Below, piece by piece: positions 1 through 7,348 of a DNA stretch of 11,198 nt; within the stretch, counting starts at the first letter, position 1, and every line of letters starts with the position of its first letter. Source of the stretch: Gemmatimonadaceae bacterium. Lineage in GTDB: Bacteria; Gemmatimonadota; Gemmatimonadetes; Gemmatimonadales; Gemmatimonadaceae. The position numbers were made by a program, and so were the translations under genes. Under the pieces are notes generated by a model. It was not told the origin of the DNA, did no database searches, and saw nothing but the letters and a program-made list of their open reading frames with translations. Location of the stretch: positions 14,358 to 25,555 of the forward strand of contig JBBDYA010000042.1 of NCBI GenBank assembly GCA_040902005.1, given 5' to 3'.

Positions 1-21
1 GGGGGGGGGGGGGGCCAGCTT

Positions 22-27
22 TATTAT
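22..27 (+). promoter_or_regulatory. Putative sigma70 -10 element (TATTAT) for moaD-moaE-moaA
   Basis: TATTAT (5/6 match to TATAAT) in a short AT-rich patch 19 nt upstream of the moaD ATG. The -35 region cannot be assessed because of the poly-G and the window edge. Confidence 0.4.
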
Positions 28-46
28 GTGAGATGCAGGTCCATCC

Positions 47-289
47 ATGACGGTTCGCGTTCTTCTCTTCGCCTCGTACGCCGATGCCATCGGCGCCTCC
101 GAGCTGTCGCTCAAACTTCCAGCGGGCGCACGGGTTCGCGATGTCCTGAGCCGGGTGAAGGAGCTCGCCGCCGGGAAGCGGATTCCTGACCATCCCCTGG
201 TCGCCGTCAACGAGCGCTACGCGGATGAGAACCAGCAGGTGACGGCGTCGGATGAGGTCGCGATCATCCCGCCGGTGGCGGGCGGATAA
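47..289 (+). CDS. moaD: Molybdopterin synthase sulfur carrier subunit (MoaD/ThiS family)
   Basis: 80 aa; N-terminal VRVLLFA, VAVNE, and C-terminal DEVAIIPPVAGG with the di-Gly end. Its stop overlaps the moaE start (TAATG). Confidence 0.95.
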   Translation: MTVRVLLFASYADAIGASELSLKLPAGARVRDVLSRVKELAAGKRIPDHPLVAVNERYADENQQVTASDEVAIIPPVAGG

Positions 290-720
290 TGCGCGGTGCC
301 ATCGTCGACCGTCCCATCGACCCAGCCGCCCTGCTGGCCGAGGTCGCCAGTCCCTCGAACGGGGCCACCGTGCTGTTCGTTGGCACCGTGCGGGACATGA
401 ACGATGGAACTCGCGTGACCGGTCTGGATTACACGGCGTACCGGGCGATGGCGGAACGTGAGCTGCGTGACATCCTGGCGGAGGCGGGCGAGCGGTTCGC
501 GACATCCGACATCGTCGTGGAGCATCGGATCGGCGCGCTCGGCCTGGGCGACGCGAGCGTGGTGATCGCCGTGGCGCACCCGCACCGCGGCGAGGCGTAC
601 GAGGCCTCACGCTACGTGATCGAGGAGCTCAAGGGACGGCTGCCGATCTGGAAGCGCGAGCACTACGCGGACCGGAAGCCGGAATGGGTGGCGGCGACCA
701 TCGGAGCCAGCTCACCATGA
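289..720 (+). CDS. moaE: Molybdopterin synthase catalytic subunit
   Basis: 143 aa with MoaE motifs GATVLFVGTVR, LDYTAYRAMA, HRIGAL, HPHRGEAY and LKGRLPIWKRE. Lies between moaD and moaA. Confidence 0.95.
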   Translation: MRGAIVDRPIDPAALLAEVASPSNGATVLFVGTVRDMNDGTRVTGLDYTAYRAMAERELRDILAEAGERFATSDIVVEHRIGALGLGDASVVIAVAHPHRGEAYEASRYVIEELKGRLPIWKREHYADRKPEWVAATIGASSP

Positions 721-1733
721 CCCAGGCGATGTCCGGTCCGGGGTCCCCGACGTCCGAGTCCACCGACCAGTTTGGCCGTCGCATCGAGTATCTGCGCATC
801 TCGGTGACCGACCGGTGCAACTTCCGGTGCGTCTACTGCATGCCCGAAGAGGGACTGCAGTGGCTTCCCAAAGCCGACATCCTGTCCTACGAAGAGATCG
901 CGGACGTCGTGGCGCAGCTCGCGCCACTGGGCCTGCGCCGCCTGCGCATCACCGGGGGCGAGCCGACGATCCGACCGAACCTGGACGAGCTGATCCGGAT
1001 GCTTCGAGCGGTGCCGGCGGTGGAGGATATCGCGCTCTCCACGAACGGCGTGCGCCTCCCCCGGATCGCGCAGTTGTATCGCGATGCGGGCCTAGACCGG
1101 GTGAACATCTCGGCGGACAGTCTGCGCCCGGAGCGGATCGCGTCGATCGCGCGGCGCAACCTCGCATTCGACCCTGTGGCGGCCCCCCCCCCCGCCCACC
1201 CCGCCGGGCTGGGGCCCGTCAAGATCAACGTCGTCGTCATGCGCGGGATCAACGACGACGAGGTGGTGGATTTCGCGCGTCTCACCATCGACCACGCATG
1301 GCACGTCCGGTTCATCGAGCTGATGCCGGTGGGAGAGATGCGGGCGCTGACTTTCGAGCACGTGGTGCCGAGTGGCGAGGTCCTGTCCCGGGTGGCGGAG
1401 GAGCTCGGCCCGCTCTCGCCCACCAGCGGGCCAGCACGGGGCAACGGACCGGCAGCCTATCATCGGTTGGACGGCGCGGCGGGCACGATCGGCGTGATCA
1501 CGCCCATGACGCACACGTACTGCGACTCGTGCAACCGCGTGCGACTCACCGCCGATGGTCGTCTCCGGACGTGCCTCTTCGGCGATCATGAAGTGGATCT
1601 TCGCACGCCACTGCGCGCCGCGGTGCCGCTGGCGCCCCTCTTCCGGCGCGCGCTCGACGAGAAGCCGCGCGAGCATGCGCTGCTCCAACTCCGCGTCGGC
1701 GGACTCCGCGCACTCTCGCAGGTGGGCGGTTGA
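717..1733 (+). CDS. moaA: GTP 3',8-cyclase (radical SAM)
   Basis: YLRISVTDRCNFRCVYC (CX3CX2C), TGGEP, RFIELMP, CDSCNRVRLTADGRLRTC (CX2CX13C) and terminal GG. Start placed at ATG 717 (ATGA overlap with the moaE stop, GGAG at 703-706) rather than 684; ATG 729 is an alternative. Confidence 0.95.
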   Translation: MTQAMSGPGSPTSESTDQFGRRIEYLRISVTDRCNFRCVYCMPEEGLQWLPKADILSYEEIADVVAQLAPLGLRRLRITGGEPTIRPNLDELIRMLRAVPAVEDIALSTNGVRLPRIAQLYRDAGLDRVNISADSLRPERIASIARRNLAFDPVAAPPPAHPAGLGPVKINVVVMRGINDDEVVDFARLTIDHAWHVRFIELMPVGEMRALTFEHVVPSGEVLSRVAEELGPLSPTSGPARGNGPAAYHRLDGAAGTIGVITPMTHTYCDSCNRVRLTADGRLRTCLFGDHEVDLRTPLRAAVPLAPLFRRALDEKPREHALLQLRVGGLRALSQVGG

Positions 1734-1738
1734 CCTGA

Positions 1739-1767
1739 TTGAATCGCCGGAATGGCGGAACTAGTTT
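1739..1767 (+). promoter_or_regulatory. Putative sigma70 promoter for mdh-sdhCAB
   Basis: TTGAAT (1739-1744), 17-nt spacer, TAGTTT (1762-1767); intergenic, 38 nt upstream of the mdh ATG at 1806. Confidence 0.65.
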
Positions 1768-1805
1768 CCGTCGTCCGTCCTTTCCCTCTGGCTCTTTCAA
1801 AACTC

Positions 1806-2735
1806 ATGGTCAACAAGATCACGGTCGTCGGTGCCGGCAACGTGGGCGCGACGGCCGCTCAGCGCGTCGCGGAAAAGGAACTCGCGCGCATCGTCGTGAT
1901 GGTAGACGTCGCGGAGGGCATTCCGCAGGGGAAGGGGCTGGATCAGTGGCAGTCGGCGCCGATCGAGGGATTCGATTCTCGCGTCATTGGATCGAACGGC
2001 TACGACGAGAGCGCTGGCTCGGACATCGTGATCATCACCGCCGGCATCGCGCGGAAGCCAGGCATGTCGCGCGACGACCTGCTCAACACGAACGCCGGCA
2101 TCGTCAAGGCGGTCTCCGCGCAGGTGAAGGCGACGTCGCCGCACGCCATCATCATCGTCGTCTCGAACCCCCTCGACGTGATGTGCTACGTCGCGAAGGA
2201 GGCCAGCGGCTTTCCGCGCGAACGCGTGATCGGCATGGCGGGCGTGCTCGACACGGGACGTTATCGCGCATTTCTCGCCGAGGCGCTCGACGTGTCCGTG
2301 CGCGACATCCAGGCGATGGTTCTGGGCGGTCACGGCGATACCATGGTGCCGCTGATCTCGTACACGAGCGTGAGCGGCATTCCCGTGACGCAGCTCATGG
2401 ACCGCAAGACGCTGGACGCCATCGTGGATCGCACGCGGAACGGCGGCGCCGAGATCGTCAAGCACCTCAAGACCGGGTCCGCGTATTACGCGCCGTCCTC
2501 GGGGGCGGTCCAGATGGCCGAGGCGATCGTGCGCGATCAGAAGCGCATCCTGCCCTGTTCAGCGTGGCTCGACGGCGAATACGGCATGAAGGGGCTGTTT
2601 CTGGGCGTGCCGTGCAAGCTGGGCCGGAACGGGATCGAGAAGATCATCGAGGTGGAACTCACCGCCGACGAAAAGGCCGCGTTGAAGAAGAGCGCCGATG
2701 CCGTGCTGGAGCCAATGAAGGCCGTGAAGCTCTAA
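1806..2735 (+). CDS. mdh: Malate dehydrogenase (LDH-like type)
   Basis: [11 protein letters not shown]ossmann motif, [16 protein letters not shown] with the MDH specificity Arg, VSNPLD, GGHGD and GSAYYAP. ATG 1806 (MVNKI) preferred over 1752, which falls inside the predicted promoter. Confidence 0.95.
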   Translation: MVNKITVVGAGNVGATAAQRVAEKELARIVVMVDVAEGIPQGKGLDQWQSAPIEGFDSRVIGSNGYDESAGSDIVIITAGIARKPGMSRDDLLNTNAGIVKAVSAQVKATSPHAIIIVVSNPLDVMCYVAKEASGFPRERVIGMAGVLDTGRYRAFLAEALDVSVRDIQAMVLGGHGDTMVPLISYTSVSGIPVTQLMDRKTLDAIVDRTRNGGAEIVKHLKTGSAYYAPSSGAVQMAEAIVRDQKRILPCSAWLDGEYGMKGLFLGVPCKLGRNGIEKIIEVELTADEKAALKKSADAVLEPMKAVKL

Positions 2736-2742
2736 CTCGGCC

Positions 2743-3417
2743 ATGAGGCGTCTCTTCGGCTCCACGGTTGGCAAGAAGGTCGTCATGGCGGTGACGGGAG
2801 TGGTCTGGGTGGGCTACCTGGTGTTGCACATGACGGGCAATCTCCAGGCGTTCGCTGGCCGCGACAAGATCAATGCGTACAGTGCGTTGTTGCACGGCCC
2901 CGGCGTCGAGCTGCTCTGGCTGGCGCGCGGTGTTCTGCTGGTCACGCTGGTGCTGCACGTGGTGATGGCGGCGCAGCTGACCGCGGCCGCACGTCGTGCC
3001 CGCCCCGTGGACTACGCGAAGCGTGATGGCCAGGTGTCCACGCTGTCGTCGCGCACGATGCGGTGGGGCGGGATCCTGATCCTGGCGTTCATCATTTTTC
3101 ACGTCCTGCACCTCACCACCCGCCACGCGGATCCGGCCGGATGGGCCACTACGTCGGACGCTGCCGGCCGGTACGACATCTACGGCAATGTCGTGGCCAG
3201 CTTCCGGATCTGGTGGGTGAGCGCGCTGTACCTCGGGGCCATGGTCATCGTGGGCCTGCACCTCTGGCATGGCGTCTGGAGCTTCGGGCGGTCGCTCGGC
3301 GTCGCGCAACCGTCCAGCCACCCGCTGCGTCGGCGCGTCGCGCCAGTGCTGGCCATCCTGCTCTGGCTGGGATTCTCGGTGGTGCCGATCGCCGTGATGG
3401 CGGGGATCATTCGATGA
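2743..3417 (+). CDS. sdhC: Succinate dehydrogenase/fumarate reductase cytochrome b subunit (single anchor, about 5 TM)
   Basis: [13 protein letters not shown] start; five hydrophobic segments; His in LHMTGNL, LHVVMA, FHVLH and LHLWHG; directly upstream of sdhA. Confidence 0.92.
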   Translation: MRRLFGSTVGKKVVMAVTGVVWVGYLVLHMTGNLQAFAGRDKINAYSALLHGPGVELLWLARGVLLVTLVLHVVMAAQLTAAARRARPVDYAKRDGQVSTLSSRTMRWGGILILAFIIFHVLHLTTRHADPAGWATTSDAAGRYDIYGNVVASFRIWWVSALYLGAMVIVGLHLWHGVWSFGRSLGVAQPSSHPLRRRVAPVLAILLWLGFSVVPIAVMAGIIR

Positions 3418-5333
3418 CCATGGACCTTCGTCCGCGCGTCCCGGCCGGCCCCGTCGAAGAGAAATGGGACCGCCACCAGTTCGAGATCAAGCTCGTCAAT
3501 CCGGCCAACAAGCGACGCTACTCGGTCATCGTCGTGGGGACGGGGCTGGCGGGTGGAGCCGCCGCGGCCACCCTCAGCGAGCTCGGATACGACGTCCGGG
3601 CGTTCTGCTTCCAGGATTCACCGCGCCGCGCGCACAGCATCGCCGCGCAGGGCGGCATCAACGCCGCCAAGAACTACCAGAACGACGGCGACAGCGTGTG
3701 GCGGCTGTTCTATGACACGATCAAGGGCGGCGACTTCCGCGCGCGCGAGGCCAACGTCTACCGCCTCGCGCAGATCAGCGTGAACATCATCGATCAGTGC
3801 GTGGCACAGGGAGTCCCGTTCGCGCGGGAGTACGGCGGCCTGCTGGACAACAGGTCATTCGGCGGCGCGCAGGTGTCGCGGACGTTCTATGCGCGTGGGC
3901 AAACCGGCCAGCAGCTGCTGCTCGGGTGCTACCAGGCGATGGAGAAGGAGATCGCCCGGAAGGGCATCACGATGTACCCCCGCACCGAGATGCTGGACGT
4001 GATCGTGGTGGATGGGCGGGCGCGCGGGATCGTGACGCGGAACATGGTGACCGGGAAGATCGACGCGCACACCGCCGACGCCGTCATTCTCGCGACCGGT
4101 GGCTACGCGAACGTCTTCTATCTGTCGACCAACGCGAAGGGTGCGAACGCGACCGCCGCCTGGCGCGCGTACAAGAAGGGCGCGGCGTTCGCGAATCCCT
4201 GCTTCACCCAGATCCATCCGACGTGCATTCCGGTGAGCGGGGACTACCAGTCCAAGCTCACCCTGATGTCGGAGTCGCTGCGCAACGATGGCCGCGTATG
4301 GGTGCCGAAGCGCTCCGGGGATGGCCGGGCACCGAACGACATTCCGGACGCCGACCGCGACTACTTTCTGGAGCGAAAATACCCGAGTTTCGGGAATCTC
4401 TCCCCACGCGACATCGCGTCGCGCGCGGCCAAGGAGGTCTGCGACGACAATCGCGGCGTGGGCCCGGGCGGCCTCGGTGTGTATCTCGACTTTCGCGATG
4501 CGATCGCGCGCCTGGGCCGCGCGCGGATCGAGGAGCGGTACGGCAACCTGTTCGAGATGTACGAGCGCATCACGGACGAAAGCCCGTACGAGGTGCCGAT
4601 GCGCATCTATCCGGCCGCGCACTACACGATGGGCGGCCTCTGGGTGGACTACAACCTCATGAGCACCGTTCCCGGTCTGCACGTGGTCGGGGAAGCGAAT
4701 TTCTCCGATCATGGGGCGAATCGTCTGGGGGCCAGCGCGTTGATGCAGGGGCTGGCGGACGGGTATTTCGTCATTCCGCTCACCATTGGCGACTACCTCG
4801 CCAGCACCAGGCTCGACACCATCTCGCCCGATCACCAGGAGGTGCGGGCAGCAGTTGCGGCCGTGGAAGAACGCACGCGGCGCTTGCTCATGATCGGCGG
4901 AACACGCACCAGCCAGTCGTTCCACCGCGAGCTCGGAAAACTCATGTGGGAGCATTGCGGCATGGCGCGAACGGCCGAGGGGCTCACGGCGGCGCTCGAG
5001 GCCATTCCGAGGCTGCGGGACGAGTTCTGGCGTGACCTGCACGTACCGGGCACGGGGGAGGAACTCAACCAGTCGCTGGAGCAGGCGGGGCGGGTCGCCG
5101 ACTTCCTGGAACTGGCGGAGCTGATGTGTCGGGACGCGCTGCACCGTGAAGAGTCGTGCGGGGGCCACTTCCGGGTGGAACACCAGACGCCGGAAGGCGA
5201 AGCGCTGCGCCGGGACGATGATTTCGCGTACGTGGCGGCCTGGGAGTTCGCGGGAGAAGGGAAGCCCCCCGTGCTCAACCGGGAACCGCTGTCGTTCGAG
5301 AACGTGGCGCTGTCACAGCGGAGCTACAAATGA
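3414..5333 (+). CDS. sdhA: Succinate dehydrogenase/fumarate reductase flavoprotein subunit
   Basis: [12 protein letters not shown] motif, [13 protein letters not shown] (covalent-FAD His), [30 protein letters not shown] and [10 protein letters not shown]. Start ATG 3414 (ATGA overlap with sdhC) or 3420; the 3063 start in the ORF track is over-extended. Confidence 0.96.
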   Translation: MTMDLRPRVPAGPVEEKWDRHQFEIKLVNPANKRRYSVIVVGTGLAGGAAAATLSELGYDVRAFCFQDSPRRAHSIAAQGGINAAKNYQNDGDSVWRLFYDTIKGGDFRAREANVYRLAQISVNIIDQCVAQGVPFAREYGGLLDNRSFGGAQVSRTFYARGQTGQQLLLGCYQAMEKEIARKGITMYPRTEMLDVIVVDGRARGIVTRNMVTGKIDAHTADAVILATGGYANVFYLSTNAKGANATAAWRAYKKGAAFANPCFTQIHPTCIPVSGDYQSKLTLMSESLRNDGRVWVPKRSGDGRAPNDIPDADRDYFLERKYPSFGNLSPRDIASRAAKEVCDDNRGVGPGGLGVYLDFRDAIARLGRARIEERYGNLFEMYERITDESPYEVPMRIYPAAHYTMGGLWVDYNLMSTVPGLHVVGEANFSDHGANRLGASALMQGLADGYFVIPLTIGDYLASTRLDTISPDHQEVRAAVAAVEERTRRLLMIGGTRTSQSFHRELGKLMWEHCGMARTAEGLTAALEAIPRLRDEFWRDLHVPGTGEELNQSLEQAGRVADFLELAELMCRDALHREESCGGHFRVEHQTPEGEALRRDDDFAYVAAWEFAGEGKPPVLNREPLSFENVALSQRSYK

Positions 5334-5371
5334 CGGCAACGCGTGGCATGGCCGCTGGCGGTGGACCATGA
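5330..5371 (+). other. 13-codon mini-ORF ([13 protein letters not shown]) spanning the sdhA-sdhB gap
   Basis: ATG 5330-5332 overlaps the sdhA TGA (5331-5333) and TGA 5369-5371 overlaps the sdhB ATG (5368-5370). GGAG at 5320-5323. Translation is unproven. Confidence 0.35.
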
Positions 5372-6123
5372 GACTCACGCTGCACGTGTGGCGGCAGCAG
5401 TCGGCTGGCGCGCCGGGGCGCTTCGTGCGCTACGACGCAAACGACGTCAGCCCGGAAATGTCGTTCCTGGAGATGCTCGATGTGGTGAACGAGGAGCTTG
5501 CTGTGAAGGGCGAGTCCCCGATCGCATTCGATCACGACTGCCGCGAGGGGATCTGCGGCGCCTGTGGGTTCATGATCAACGGCGTCGCCCACGGTCCGTC
5601 ACGCGGCACCGCCACGTGCCAGCTGCACATGCGCCTGTTCCGGGACGGCGACGACGTCTGGATCGAGCCATGGCGTTCGAGCGCGTTTCCAGTGGTCCGC
5701 GACCTGGTGGTGGACCGGGGGGCGCTCGACCGGATCATCGCCGCGGGCGGCTACATCGGCGTCCGCACGGGCGGAACCGCGGACGGCAACGCGATCCCGG
5801 TGCCGAAGCCCGACGCGGATCGGTCCATGGATGCCGCCGCGTGCATTGGATGTGGTGCCTGCGTGGCCGCGTGCCCGAACGGCTCGGCGTCACTGTTCAC
5901 CGCGGCCAAGGTGTCGCACCTGGGCCTGCTGCCGCAGGGACAGCCGGAGCGATACCGCCGGGCACTCAGCATGGTGGCGCAGATGGATCTCGAGGACTTC
6001 GGCGGCTGCTCGTTGTTCGGGGAGTGTCAGGCCGCGTGTCCCAAGGAGATCAGCATCGATTTCATCGCGCGCATGAATCGGGATTACCTGCGCGCCGCCT
6101 TGGTCGACCGCGCGGCTGACTAA
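5368..6123 (+). CDS. sdhB: Succinate dehydrogenase/fumarate reductase iron-sulfur subunit
   Basis: [13 protein letters not shown]...TCQLHMR (2Fe-2S), [12 protein letters not shown] and [12 protein letters not shown] (4Fe-4S/3Fe-4S). Start at ATG 5368 ([10 protein letters not shown]). Confidence 0.96.
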   Translation: MRLTLHVWRQQSAGAPGRFVRYDANDVSPEMSFLEMLDVVNEELAVKGESPIAFDHDCREGICGACGFMINGVAHGPSRGTATCQLHMRLFRDGDDVWIEPWRSSAFPVVRDLVVDRGALDRIIAAGGYIGVRTGGTADGNAIPVPKPDADRSMDAAACIGCGACVAACPNGSASLFTAAKVSHLGLLPQGQPERYRRALSMVAQMDLEDFGGCSLFGECQAACPKEISIDFIARMNRDYLRAALVDRAAD

Positions 6124-6199
6124 GGCGGACCCGTCCGGGAGCCTGGGCACCACCGCTGGGAGGGTTAACTGCGGGTTGCCCCGTGCCGATACTCGGGAC

Positions 6200-7348
6200 A
6201 TGCGACTGCACACTTGGTTAGCTGCTCCGTTTGGGGCCCTGGGGAAATCGATGCGTTTCGTCCTCCTGCCCCTCGCCGCTGCCTGCGGGAGCAGGGAGCC
6301 GATTCGTATCGGCATCGTACTCGATGGCGACGGAATTCACGGCGCCACGCTTGCCGCCGCGGACATCAACGCGTCGGGCGGGATTGATGGTCGGGCCCTG
6401 GAGCTCCGCCTCGCAGGCGGACAAACAGACAATCTGGCCCGAAACGCGCTCGCGCCCGCCGAGAGTCTGGCCGCGGATCTTTCGATTCTTGCGGTGGTTG
6501 GCCACACCAACAGCGCGGCAAGCCTGTCGGCCGCGCGCATTTACAACGCGAACCGCGTGGTGCAGATCGCGCCCACGTCCACGGCGCCGATGTACAGCCA
6601 CGCGGGACCCTACAGCTTTCGCATGGTGGCGAGCGATCGACACCAGGCCGACTTTCTCGGACGCGCGGCCATCAGTCCCTCGCCGCGCCGGATCGCCATT
6701 CTGTACGTCAACGACGATTACGGGCGCGGACTCCGGAACGAGGTGGTTCGCTACCTCAAAACGCACGGGGTGGTACCCGTCTATGAAGCGCCCTACTCCG
6801 AGGGCACTCGCTTCACGGGGATCGAAGGCGTCGCCAGCGCCATCGTAGCGTCGCGACCGCAGGTGCTTCTGTGGCTCGGGCGCGCGCCCGAACTGATCTT
6901 GCTTCTCCCGGAAGTGCGCGCGCGATCTTCCGGGATCGCGGTGCTCGCAAGCGACGGGTTCGGCCGGCCGCCGGCCGGCGATTTGGCCATCGCCGTCCAG
7001 GGTGTGCGATACGTGCGACTCCTCGATCCAGGCAACTCGCGCGAAGCAGTGCAGCGTCTCCGCTCCGAGTACGAGAAGCGCTGGCAGCGGGAGCTCACGG
7101 ATCAGTATCTGCTCGCGTACCAGGCGGTGCAGGTACTCGCCGAGGCCATTCGCACCAGCGGTCCTGATCGCGAGGCCATTCGTACGTACCTCTCCGGGCT
7201 GGGATCGACCCGAGCGCCTTTCGACGGGATGCTGGGCCCGATCTCATTCGATGCCAATGGCGACGCGCCGGGGCAATACTTTCTGCTGGAGGTCCCTCCA
7301 GCGGATTCCAATCTGGTCGCGAACGGCGTGGCCTCAGCTTCGCCATGA
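6200..7348 (+). CDS. LivJ/LivK-like (type I) periplasmic ligand-binding protein, probable lipoprotein
   Basis: PIRIG, INASGGIDGRALEL, AVVGHTNS, QIAPTSTAP, YSFRM, NDDYGRGL and GPISFDANGD motifs; hydrophobic FVLLPLAAA followed by Cys (6284-6286) as a loose lipobox. Start uncertain (TTG 6176, ATG 6200 or ATG 6251). Confidence 0.88.
   Translation: MRLHTWLAAPFGALGKSMRFVLLPLAAACGSREPIRIGIVLDGDGIHGATLAAADINASGGIDGRALELRLAGGQTDNLARNALAPAESLAADLSILAVVGHTNSAASLSAARIYNANRVVQIAPTSTAPMYSHAGPYSFRMVASDRHQADFLGRAAISPSPRRIAILYVNDDYGRGLRNEVVRYLKTHGVVPVYEAPYSEGTRFTGIEGVASAIVASRPQVLLWLGRAPELILLLPEVRARSSGIAVLASDGFGRPPAGDLAIAVQGVRYVRLLDPGNSREAVQRLRSEYEKRWQRELTDQYLLAYQAVQVLAEAIRTSGPDREAIRTYLSGLGSTRAPFDGMLGPISFDANGDAPGQYFLLEVPPADSNLVANGVASASP

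Noticed and set aside
1..14. G14 homopolymer at the window start as a regulatory or G-quadruplex element
   Set aside because: Terminal poly-G is a typical sequencing or assembly-end artefact, and there is no context to support a function.
47..720. Ubiquitin-like protein as part of a defence or conjugation system
   Set aside because: The moaE-moaA context fully explains it as MoaD; no E1, E2 or JAB genes are present.
815..6119. Long alternative-frame and antisense ORFs (815-1591, 1739-2746, 3797-5035, 3855-5183, 5343-6119 and others)
   Set aside because: Arg/Gly/Ala/Pro-rich shadow frames of well-supported high-GC genes, with no recognisable motifs.
6126..6137. CGGAC-CC-GTCCG inverted repeat after sdhB as a terminator
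   Set aside because: Short stem, 2-nt loop and no U-tract.
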